Shown here one piece after another: positions 26,555 through 33,919 of a stretch of 64,000 nucleotides of DNA. Below the pieces are notes generated by a model that had not been told where the DNA came from, ran no database searches, and was given only the letters and a program-made list of their open reading frames with translations. The translations under genes and the position numbers were made by a program. Origin of the DNA: a virus; the IMG/VR virus record IMGVR_UViG_3300030620_000001; one strand, given 5' to 3'. Position 1 is the stretch's first letter, and the number at the start of each line of letters is the position of its first letter.

Positions 26555-27367
26555 ATGATGACAATGCACCAACAAAAGTTAGGCGGCAATCGCGAGGACA
26601 GGTACGACTTCGCGGTCTCGCTCGGCTGCCCTGTGGCCGAGCGGAAGGGCAAAGAGTGGGAGGTCCGCTCGACGACCGAGGCGTCGCACACCGTGATGGA
26701 GGCGTCGTACCACACTTTTCGCGGCGGCAAAGGTCGTGAGGGCGGCGTGTGCCAATATCCTGGCTCAGCTAGACGGGCTGGGTACAAGACGGACTACCAT
26801 CGAGCCGTCCGAGACACCTACGTCCGATCGGTCGCCTGGATCGACGATGCAGGTCGCGCCTGGTACGTCGCGCACAATCACCTCTACCTGCTGCCGCGCG
26901 GCGAGTGGACTCAGCACGATGACTCGCTCTACCTCGACGGTGAGCGCGTGCTGGGGATCGAGTTGGCTAGACTGTCCGCAGAGCGCGGCGAGGTCTTCCC
27001 CTACCTGGCGTCGCTGCTGCCGCGCGACCAGCGTCTCGTGCGAGACGTCGTCGCGAGCCGGCCGGTGTCGGTCAAGCGACTGCTGTCGATCCCAGACACG
27101 CATCTGCGAGGCTACGTCGCCCAGCGATGCGGCGGACTTGCGAAAGTCGCGGCCCAGCTGCCGCTGGTCGAGCGGACCAAGGACGGTGAGCTGCGCGACG
27201 CGACGCGGATCGGCATGACCACCGACCTGTTGATCGTGCGCGACTCGACCAGTGGCGAGCGGTTCGCGCTGGGTGTGCCGAGGCGATCTGGCAAGTCGCG
27301 TAGCGTCAAGCGAGCTCTGCGCGACTTAAACGGAATCCCGCAGAGCAAGATCGTCGCCGCCTCGTAG
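26555..27367 (+). CDS. Hypothetical protein (270 aa)
   Basis: ATG at 26555 lies 6 nt after ACAGGAGA. The upstream part of track ORF 26306.. covers repeat copy B and is probably non-coding. Confidence 0.5.
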   Translation: MMTMHQQKLGGNREDRYDFAVSLGCPVAERKGKEWEVRSTTEASHTVMEASYHTFRGGKGREGGVCQYPGSARRAGYKTDYHRAVRDTYVRSVAWIDDAGRAWYVAHNHLYLLPRGEWTQHDDSLYLDGERVLGIELARLSAERGEVFPYLASLLPRDQRLVRDVVASRPVSVKRLLSIPDTHLRGYVAQRCGGLAKVAAQLPLVERTKDGELRDATRIGMTTDLLIVRDSTSGERFALGVPRRSGKSRSVKRALRDLNGIPQSKIVAAS

Positions 27368-27487
27368 TCCACTGATGAGACGGTGTGATCCCGGCGAAAC
27401 GCCCTCCGGGGCGTCTGGACATACGCGACCAGCGGCGCGAAGTTCCGCTGGCGGCGCCCTCCGAACCAGGGTGACAGGAGACAAGAC

Positions 27488-27895
27488 ATGCACACCACCA
27501 CACACGTCGGACAGCACGTCGTCGCCCGGCAGCGGACGACTGAGCCGGCTGCGCCGCCCATCGAGATCGCTGAGCTGCGAATCGGCCAAGCAATCCGGCA
27601 GGGCGACGTGATATTACAGCGCGTCGCGGCGCTGCCCGACTCCGCCACACCTCGCCGCCGGCGAGACCTGGCGGTCGGTTCGCGGGCGTCGCATCTCGCG
27701 GCTGATCCGGCGCAGACCTACGAGGTAGACGGATCGGACGACATCTACATCCGCGCCGAGCAGCGGTGGGCGCTGGAGCACGACGAACACGCCTGGTTCG
27801 TGTTGCCGCCTGGCGTCTATCGATCATGGCGTCAGATCGAGACGATCGGACTCAGCACGTCGCAAGCAGTCGTCCGTCGTGTCGTCGTCGACTAG
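27488..27895 (+). CDS. Conserved phage protein of unknown function (RQGDV ... H.EH ... PPGVY type)
   Basis: ACAGGAGA leader. The pattern IRQGDVIL..LP...H....EHDEHAWFVLPPGVYRSWRQIE is recalled from many phage hypothetical proteins. Confidence 0.5.
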   Translation: MHTTTHVGQHVVARQRTTEPAAPPIEIAELRIGQAIRQGDVILQRVAALPDSATPRRRRDLAVGSRASHLAADPAQTYEVDGSDDIYIRAEQRWALEHDEHAWFVLPPGVYRSWRQIETIGLSTSQAVVRRVVVD

Positions 27896-27908
27896 CGAGG
27901 ATTTTCGC

Positions 27909-27924
27909 GGGGCCGCGCGGCCCC
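27909..27924. other. 16-bp perfect GC palindrome GGGGCCGCGCGGCCCC
   Basis: Lies in the 109-nt gap after 27895. The 12-mer CCGCGCGGCCCC recurs at 27973-27984, followed by GTTATTTT. Confidence 0.4.
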
Positions 27925-28004
27925 ATTGAAGCGAACGCGTAGGCGCAAGCAAAGCCGCAACCGCGGCGACTTCCGCGCGGCCCCGTTATTTTGAAAGCAG
28001 AAAA

Positions 28005-28439
28005 ATGAGCCTCATCCAAATCACCAATCACGGCCCGCTCATCACGTCCACAGACTATTGGCAGAGCGAGTACGCAGCAGCCGGCAAGCTGATCGTCTCG
28101 CCCAACGCCGGCGCGATCCGTTGCCTGATGCCGCCGGCGCTGTGGTCGGTGGTCGGCGAGTTGCGCTCGTGCGAGTACGCAATCGCCAGCCGCGGCCCGT
28201 GGCAAGGCGCGGACGCGCTGGAAATCCTGTGGGAGGATCACACCGACAGTCCGCACGCCTGGCACGTCACGGCCGAATCGTGCTTGCTGCTGCCGGGCGA
28301 CCCGTCGCCCAGCGAGTGGGTCATTACCTGTTGGGTCGAGCGTCGCGGCGAGCCGCACAAGGCGCTCGAGCGACCCTGCCATTGGCGGCGCGTCGATGCG
28401 CTGCCGTGCCTCCAGCAGTGGAGGGTCAAGGAAAAATGA
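28005..28439 (+). CDS. Hypothetical protein (144 aa)
   Basis: Track ORF. Its stop overlaps the next start (ATGA). Confidence 0.55.
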   Translation: MSLIQITNHGPLITSTDYWQSEYAAAGKLIVSPNAGAIRCLMPPALWSVVGELRSCEYAIASRGPWQGADALEILWEDHTDSPHAWHVTAESCLLLPGDPSPSEWVITCWVERRGEPHKALERPCHWRRVDALPCLQQWRVKEK

Positions 28440-29125
28440 AATCCAAACGCAAAGACCGTCGCGGCCACTGGCCCAAAGGCAAGCCGCGGAACGCCACCGC
28501 GATCAACTGGGAGTCGCAGCGAGAGCTGCTTGAGAAACTAACGGACGTTGAAGTGGCGCGTCGCTTGAGATGCACCAGAGAGCGTGTGCGGCAGGTGCGT
28601 AAGCGGTTTGGAATCCCGCCATCGCCACGAGGCAGAAAGGCACGCCGTTGGACCGAGAGCGAGATCGGATTGCTTGGCAAATTTGCAGACAAGGAAGTTG
28701 CGAAGCAACTGGCCATTGCGGCCGCGACTGTCGCCGAGAAACGACAGGCTTTGGGAATTCTTCCGTGGAAGGGGTCTGTTTCTAAAAATCCGATAATTCG
28801 ACTGCCGGCAGATTTGATTGCCATGATCGACGACCTGCGGAACGTTAAGGAATCGCGATCAGAGTGCCTCGGTCGAATTTTGGCGGACCTAAAATCAGGC
28901 AACAGCCTGCGCGAGATGTTGTCGCCAATCATCAAACGTCGCGGCATTCGCACAGCCGCCACAACGGCTGGCATTCGCCCAAACACACTTGCCGATTGGA
29001 TTGCGGGGCGGGGACGTGACGGCCGCAAATATCCACAGCGACTTTCGGACGAGCAGGTAGACTCTCTCTGCAGCGCTGTGGGCGTGCAATTGCTGCTGAT
29101 CCACGAAGAAGGCAAAGGAGATTGA
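28436..29125 (+). CDS. Multi-HTH DNA-binding protein (229 aa)
   Basis: Two sigma-r4/Myb-like HTH repeats (VARRLRCTRERVRQVRKRFGI and VAKQLAIAAATVAEKRQALGI). The C-terminal domain is paralogous to the 78-aa regulator (RLSDEQVDSLCSAVGV versus RLSDAQIEAVCAAVDM). Confidence 0.55.
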   Translation: MKSKRKDRRGHWPKGKPRNATAINWESQRELLEKLTDVEVARRLRCTRERVRQVRKRFGIPPSPRGRKARRWTESEIGLLGKFADKEVAKQLAIAAATVAEKRQALGILPWKGSVSKNPIIRLPADLIAMIDDLRNVKESRSECLGRILADLKSGNSLREMLSPIIKRRGIRTAATTAGIRPNTLADWIAGRGRDGRKYPQRLSDEQVDSLCSAVGVQLLLIHEEGKGD

Positions 29126-29128
29126 ACA

Positions 29129-29287
29129 ATGACATGCGTGATCGAAACAAAATTCAACGGCGAGTGGACCACGGACGGGATTGGTAACAACGAACCTCGC
29201 AGTCGCGGCGAGTGCGAGGACGACATCCAGGCCCTGAAGAAGCTTGGTGGTACGTGGGCCACCGCTTGCTACCGAATCGTAGACTAG
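29129..29287 (+). CDS. Hypothetical small protein (52 aa)
   Basis: AAAGGAG 8 nt upstream of the ATG. Below the ORF-track size cutoff. Confidence 0.35.
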   Translation: MTCVIETKFNGEWTTDGIGNNEPRSRGECEDDIQALKKLGGTWATACYRIVD

Positions 29288-29302
29288 GAGTTGCCGGGCA
29301 AC

Positions 29303-29338
29303 TAACGCGGCCCAGCCGCCGGACCCGGACGTGCCGGG
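29303..29338 (+). repeat. 36-nt intergenic double-hairpin element, copy C
   Basis: Identical to copy A. It is preceded by the palindrome AGTTGCCGGGCAACT and followed by ACAGGAGA and the ATG at 29366. Confidence 0.8.
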
Positions 29339-29365
29339 AAGGTTCCTTTCACACAGGAGATAGCA

Positions 29366-29584
29366 ATGATGCTCGACACCGGACAGAAGCGAATAATCTA
29401 CGAAGACCCTGTGACTTGCGAAAAGTCAGAAGGTGAGGCGATCCTGAGAGAGTTGTATAGCACGAACGGATTGTCGTCTCACTGGCGCGTTGAGTTCGTG
29501 GACGAACCGGGAGTGTTCTATGAACGGACGATTGTATCCGACGAGGAAATCGCGGCCGAAGCCACGGAGGAGAGATGTGGCTGA
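29366..29584 (+). CDS. Hypothetical protein (72 aa)
   Basis: ACACAGGAGA-tagca-ATG leader. Confidence 0.5.
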   Translation: MMLDTGQKRIIYEDPVTCEKSEGEAILRELYSTNGLSSHWRVEFVDEPGVFYERTIVSDEEIAAEATEERCG

Positions 29585-29783
29585 AACCATAACACGACAA
29601 GAAGTCATCGGTGCGATCCGAGTGATTTACTTCGCAGGTCGCGATGCCTACATAGCAACGAATTCCGTGCGTGGTTTTTCTGCCGCGGCGGAGCGTCGGG
29701 AGAGGAAAGAACTGAACGACGCCCTGATCCTCCTGGGGTTTGAACCGCTGTCGGTTGAAGAGCACCGAGAATTATTCAGTTGA
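29577..29783 (+). CDS. Hypothetical protein (68 aa)
   Basis: GTG start with a GGAGGAG Shine-Dalgarno sequence, overlapping the upstream gene by 8 nt. The track ORF begins earlier at 29490. Confidence 0.4.
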   Translation: MAETITRQEVIGAIRVIYFAGRDAYIATNSVRGFSAAAERRERKELNDALILLGFEPLSVEEHRELFS

Positions 29784-29798
29784 CCAAAAGGGATTGTC

Positions 29799-30227
29799 AT
29801 GCCCACCATCAAAATCGAACTAGTTGGCGACCAGCTCAACGTCGGATTACCCACGCGCCCGATTGTCCGCGTGCGGCTTTCTAAGTCCGACTTGACGCTC
29901 TTGCGCCGCACCCGCGACTTGCTCAACAAGGTCATCGACTCCCTGCCCTTCGGCGACGACGAGATGTATGACCGTGATGACCACTGGCATCGAGCCGCGA
30001 ACAGTCTGAGCGAGATTATCGAGCGCAATCACCCGGCATCAATGAAACATCACACCATACAGGGGACAAATCTTGTTGCTTCGGGGAAAATCTACCCAAA
30101 CACCAACAAGCTTGATGTGCAGCAGCCACGGAAATTCTCAAAAGAGGACACGGAAAGACCACTCAAACGCGATGGGCGAGACGGTGAAGAAACGACAGGG
30201 GCGAGCGCATCGGGATTGCGCTCGTAG
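29799..30227 (+). CDS. Hypothetical protein (142 aa)
   Basis: Track ORF. It ends 11 nt before the IS insertion site. Confidence 0.5.
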   Translation: MPTIKIELVGDQLNVGLPTRPIVRVRLSKSDLTLLRRTRDLLNKVIDSLPFGDDEMYDRDDHWHRAANSLSEIIERNHPASMKHHTIQGTNLVASGKIYPNTNKLDVQQPRKFSKEDTERPLKRDGRDGEETTGASASGLRS

Positions 30228-30238
30228 TATTTTCCAAG

Positions 30239-30264
30239 GGTACTTATATACTTGACTCACACGA
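30239..30264 (+). repeat. IS left inverted repeat
   Basis: Perfect reverse complement of 32504-32529. Confidence 0.9.
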
Positions 30265-30279
30265 TTGACCTGCTATAAT
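30252..30279 (+). promoter_or_regulatory. IS-internal promoter
   Basis: TTGACT (inside the left inverted repeat)-16 nt-TATAAT (30274-30279). AAGGAG and the ATG at 30304 follow. Confidence 0.55.
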
Positions 30280-30303
30280 TGTGTTAGACAAGGAGAATGA
30301 ACA

Positions 30304-30519
30304 ATGAGAGGACCGAATACGTGGAAGCCTCGCAAGCCGGCACTGACGAGGCAGATATTAGAAACCATTGAACTGAGTCTGCTTGACATGCGCGAACAGC
30401 TTGACGATGTAGTGGGCGGGTGCTCTGGCGAGATGGCTGACTGCGATGCCGCGATTGCATGGGTGGAAAAGATGAAGTCCCACCAGCGCGCCATGAGGAA
30501 GGATACGAAAAGCAAATGA
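30304..30519 (+). CDS. IS-encoded small protein (71 aa)
   Basis: AAGGAG Shine-Dalgarno sequence. Its stop overlaps the transposase start (ATGA). Confidence 0.45.
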   Translation: MRGPNTWKPRKPALTRQILETIELSLLDMREQLDDVVGGCSGEMADCDAAIAWVEKMKSHQRAMRKDTKSK

Positions 30520-31484
30520 ACACACCAAAGACACTGATCGAAGCCGTGACTTACTACTCTGACGAGCAGCTTTGCCGGGACGTGATGGTCCAAGTCAAAT
30601 GGCCTAGCGGAAAGATCGTTTGCCCGGTCTGCGGTTGTGACCAATGCAAACAAATGCCGACACGACCGCACTATCTGCGATGCTCGGAAGCTGGTTGCCG
30701 CAAGCAGTTCAGTTACAAAGTGGGGACGATCTTTGAAGACTCGCCGTTGTCGTTGTCCGTTTGGTTCGTGGCCGTCTGGTGTATCGCCAACGCCAAGAAC
30801 GGAATCAGCAGTTGTGAGTTGGCCCGCGCCGTTGGCGTCACTCAGAAATCCGCTTGGTTCATGCTCCACCGTATCAGAACAGCGATGGAAACCGGGACGT
30901 TCCAAAAGCTGAGCGGTACTTGCGAGACTGACGAAACCTACATCGGTGGAAAAGCGGCCAACATGCACGCCCACAAACGCGAGAAGGCCATTAAGGGACG
31001 CGGGGCGGTTGGCAAGGCGATCGTTCACGGCGTTCTGGAACGCGGGAACGGTAAGCAAGACAGCCGCGTTAGAGCGAGCGTTGTAGGCCACGACGATGGG
31101 CCTACCGTTCTCGGTCGCGTTCGTCGGCACGTCCGCTACGGGGCGACGGTGTTCAGCGATGCCGCTGGGGCATACGCCGAACTTTGCTTGACTCACCTTC
31201 ACCAAGCCATCGACCATTCTCGTGAGTACGTTCGCGGTCACATCCACACGAACGGAATCGAGAACTTTTGGATGCTTCTCAAGCGGACGATAGGCGGAAC
31301 GTATACCGCTGTCGCTCCCTTCCATCTTGATCGGTACGTTGCCGAGCAAGTCTTTCGCTTCAACCTTCGCAAGACAACGGACGCGGGCCGGTTCGCTCAG
31401 GTCATGTTGCAAGTCGTTGGGAAGAGATTGACCTACCGAACTTTGACGGCGAAAGATGATGCCGGTTTCATGGGGATCAAGTAA
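30516..31484 (+). CDS. IS1595-family transposase (N-terminal zinc ribbon plus ISXO2-like DDE domain)
   Basis: VKWPSGKIVCPVCG...CSEAGCRKQFS, then ETDETYIGGK, then HTNGIENFWMLLKRTIGGTY...HLDRYVAEQVFRFN. Confidence 0.85.
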   Translation: MNTPKTLIEAVTYYSDEQLCRDVMVQVKWPSGKIVCPVCGCDQCKQMPTRPHYLRCSEAGCRKQFSYKVGTIFEDSPLSLSVWFVAVWCIANAKNGISSCELARAVGVTQKSAWFMLHRIRTAMETGTFQKLSGTCETDETYIGGKAANMHAHKREKAIKGRGAVGKAIVHGVLERGNGKQDSRVRASVVGHDDGPTVLGRVRRHVRYGATVFSDAAGAYAELCLTHLHQAIDHSREYVRGHIHTNGIENFWMLLKRTIGGTYTAVAPFHLDRYVAEQVFRFNLRKTTDAGRFAQVMLQVVGKRLTYRTLTAKDDAGFMGIK

Positions 31485-32346
31485 CGTGCGGCACATCATC
31501 CCAATCAGCGGCAAAGATTCGATGGCAACTGCGATCGTGATGCTGGCCAATGAACCGGGGTTGCCGTATGAATTCGTCCACCATGTTACGGGCTGGGATC
31601 TGCCGGAAGTAACTGAATGGTTTGAGCGAGTCGAGGCGAGAATCGGGACAATCGTGAAGTGCGGAGATGATCTCACCGAAATCGTTACTGAGCAAGGAAT
31701 GTTACCGTCTCGCCACAGGCGATTTTGTACGAAGTACGCGAAGATATTTCCTATGCGGGATTGGCTTGGCAAGTCGGAAGCGACGCTGTATCTGGGGTTG
31801 CGAGCCGACGAGTCAGACCGTATCAGCGGAATGACCCCAAGTCGCCGCGAGACGTACAGATTTCCCCTGCAAGAGCAATCACTGTCAATTCGTGACGTAT
31901 GGGCATTGGTTGCCTCGGAGGGATTGCTTCCACCGCAATTCATTTGGCCTTGGATGGTCGATCGCGTTCGGCAGCTTGGCGGGACAAAGCCTGTTGATAT
32001 GCCGGAATGGGAATGGAACACGTTGTTTTCCGGGCGGAGTCGTCCAAACTGTGACATTTGTTTTAACCAGCGGCAATATGAGTGGATCTGGCTACACGAA
32101 ACGCACCCGGAGGCATTCCAAAGGGGCGTTGATCTGGAGCTGTCCACACAGCACGCCAGTTCGTTCAAGCTGATTGGTAAAGACAAGCCGCTTGATTCGC
32201 TTCTTGCGAAGGCCGAAGCGATCAAGGAACGGCGAGCACGATGGATCGCAGGATTCCTAGAACGTCGCAGGCAAGGTGAATTATTCAACATCATCCAACC
32301 GGACGACTTGGTTGGCACTTCATGCGGTCTTTTTTGTGGAAAGTGA
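31456..32346 (+). CDS. PAPS reductase / adenine-nucleotide alpha-hydrolase family protein (IS passenger)
   Basis: PP-loop IPISGKDSMATA plus RRFCTKYAKIFP. The alternative GTG start at 31486 avoids overlap with the transposase. Confidence 0.75.
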   Translation: MMPVSWGSSNVRHIIPISGKDSMATAIVMLANEPGLPYEFVHHVTGWDLPEVTEWFERVEARIGTIVKCGDDLTEIVTEQGMLPSRHRRFCTKYAKIFPMRDWLGKSEATLYLGLRADESDRISGMTPSRRETYRFPLQEQSLSIRDVWALVASEGLLPPQFIWPWMVDRVRQLGGTKPVDMPEWEWNTLFSGRSRPNCDICFNQRQYEWIWLHETHPEAFQRGVDLELSTQHASSFKLIGKDKPLDSLLAKAEAIKERRARWIAGFLERRRQGELFNIIQPDDLVGTSCGLFCGK

Positions 32347-32349
32347 ATC

Positions 32350-32472
32350 ATGGCAACGAGGAAGCCGAAAGGCGTCAAGGAAACGACAGAGCTACTCAAA
32401 AAGCTAGTTAAGGTTCCCAAGGCCGAAGTAGAAGCCCTGGAAGCTAAGAAAGCGAAGCGGAAGAAAAAGTAG
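32350..32472 (+). CDS. Possible tiny basic ORF (40 aa) inside the IS
   Basis: ATG 4 nt after the passenger gene stop. The product is Lys-rich. Weak evidence. Confidence 0.2.
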   Translation: MATRKPKGVKETTELLKKLVKVPKAEVEALEAKKAKRKKK

Positions 32473-32503
32473 GCTGGTGATGGCATCGGTCGGATTATCC
32501 TAG

Positions 32504-32529
32504 TCGTGTGAGTCAAGTATATAAGTACC
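32504..32529 (-). repeat. IS right inverted repeat
   Basis: Perfect reverse complement of 30239-30264. Confidence 0.9.
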
Positions 32530-32568
32530 TTTCCAAGGAGGATACGCCGTGAAACGGACTCGCTAATT

Positions 32569-32844
32569 TCATTCCACCAGTGGTTCTACTTCTAGTAGCA
32601 TCCACGACTCGGACACATCTCCCTCCAGCCATGCGGTGGTAAAACTGCGTTCCGCGTCTCTGCAGCTAGATTCGATTCTAGCGCGATTGTCCGCATGAAC
32701 CGGTTGCCGAATCGGCTTTCCGGTCGTGAGCATATGGTCGATTTGAGCTAACTCGTAGCCGAGCACGAAGCAGTCTTTCGGGCGCAGGCCGTCGAGTTCT
32801 CCGTTATCGATCCCGAATGATTTAATCAATCCAAATTCTGACAT
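32569..32844 (-). CDS. Hypothetical protein (91 aa)
   Basis: Track ORF downstream of the integrase on the same strand. Confidence 0.5.
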   Translation of the reverse strand: MSEFGLIKSFGIDNGELDGLRPKDCFVLGYELAQIDHMLTTGKPIRQPVHADNRARIESSCRDAERSFTTAWLEGDVSESWMLLEVEPLVE

Positions 32845-32926
32845 ACGGAGCCTTCCAATAGGGTGTCTTTCTGGGGCAACGGTTCAACGCTTTTCTCGTA
32901 CCGCCGAATCGCGCGCGACTAACATG

Positions 32927-33817
32927 CTAGACCTCCGGCAACTTCGATGAGTGTCGGTCATTGGTCAAAATCCTCGGTGAAAGATACCGCTCCGTCACCG
33001 CCCGGCTGCTGTGGCCCAGAGACCGTTGGGCGTCGCCGCCATGCAGTTCCAGATAGCTCGCGTGTGATTTTCTGATGGCATGGCAGCACCATTCGCGGCC
33101 CATCGGTAGGTCGGCGCGCTTCTTGATTCGCTTCAGGTGGTCGTAAAAAGTGGCTCGATGCATCGCCCAAGGGAAGATCAGCGGAGAATCGGACTCCAGT
33201 CGCAGGACAGCCTCCAGGGCCACTTGTCGCAGTCGGTACGTCTTGGGCTGCTTTTGACCCTTGCGTGCATTGGCGGGGCAGAATACGTCGCCCGTAGCCG
33301 CGCCCAGCCAATCCCACTGCCAGGACAAGACCGCCGAGATTCGTTCGCCAGAATCGAAAATCGCATGGAACAGGGCTGGCCACCAATCGGCAGCCAGCAC
33401 GCCCGGATAGACGTGGCCGGTTTCCAGGGCGCTGGAACCGAACAAGCGCCGTAGCTCGTCCAAGGTGAACGCGAGCGGAATTGCTTCCGGGAGCCGTATT
33501 CGCGGCACATCCGGCCCAATCGGAACCAGCCCCTTGCGGTTGCAGAACCGCCACAGCGACAGCAGTTTGTCGCGAACCTGCGAAACGGTGTACGGAGCCA
33601 GTCCGCTCGCCAATAGCGATTGCAGACACGCCCACACGGCATCGTCTTGAAGATCGTCGAGTTGAGCCGGCTGCTGCAGATAGGCGTCGTACTTGGAAAT
33701 TGCCCATTCGTAGTGGCCGGGTGTGGTGCTTCCCTCCACGAGCGAGAGCCGCGGAAGGAGTTGCCCCCGAAACACCGCGCGCAGGGTACGATCCGGGCCT
33801 GAGCGCGAGGTAATCAT
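32927..33817 (-). CDS. int: Tyrosine recombinase / phage integrase
   Basis: GERISAVLSWQW (Arg box), HAIRKSHASYL (H-x-x-R) and LGHSSRAVTERYL (His...Tyr). Confidence 0.8.
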   Translation of the reverse strand: MITSRSGPDRTLRAVFRGQLLPRLSLVEGSTTPGHYEWAISKYDAYLQQPAQLDDLQDDAVWACLQSLLASGLAPYTVSQVRDKLLSLWRFCNRKGLVPIGPDVPRIRLPEAIPLAFTLDELRRLFGSSALETGHVYPGVLAADWWPALFHAIFDSGERISAVLSWQWDWLGAATGDVFCPANARKGQKQPKTYRLRQVALEAVLRLESDSPLIFPWAMHRATFYDHLKRIKKRADLPMGREWCCHAIRKSHASYLELHGGDAQRSLGHSSRAVTERYLSPRILTNDRHSSKLPEV

Positions 33818-33919
33818 CGAAGCTCGTCACGTTGCTATTATGCGCCATCATCCGTGTGCCCTCGCCTCCGCGGTCCTATTTCCTTCGTTTTGTGACAGTA
33901 AATGGTCTGGTTGATTCGG

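Larger units (their letters stand above)
30239..32529 (+). mobile_element. Intact IS1595-family insertion sequence (2291 bp) with passenger gene
   Basis: 26-bp perfect terminal inverted repeats GGTACTTATATACTTGACTCACACGA (30239-30264, with the reverse complement at 32504-32529). An 8-bp direct repeat TTTCCAAG flanks it (30231-30238 and 32530-32537). Confidence 0.9.

Noticed and set aside
28058-29125. Full-length 355-aa track ORF
   Set aside because: - Its first 126 codons overlap 28005..28439 in another frame and are Arg/Ala-rich.
- An internal ATG at 28436 forms an ATGA overlap with the upstream stop and starts the HTH-containing part.
- I therefore annotated 28436..29125.
32958-33851. 297-aa alternative-frame ORF overlapping the integrase, and ORFs 34390..34956(-) and 34722..35438(+) overlapping dcm
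   Set aside because: The overlapping frames with clear integrase and C5 methyltransferase motifs explain the region. The alternatives are Arg/Pro/Ser-rich shadow frames.
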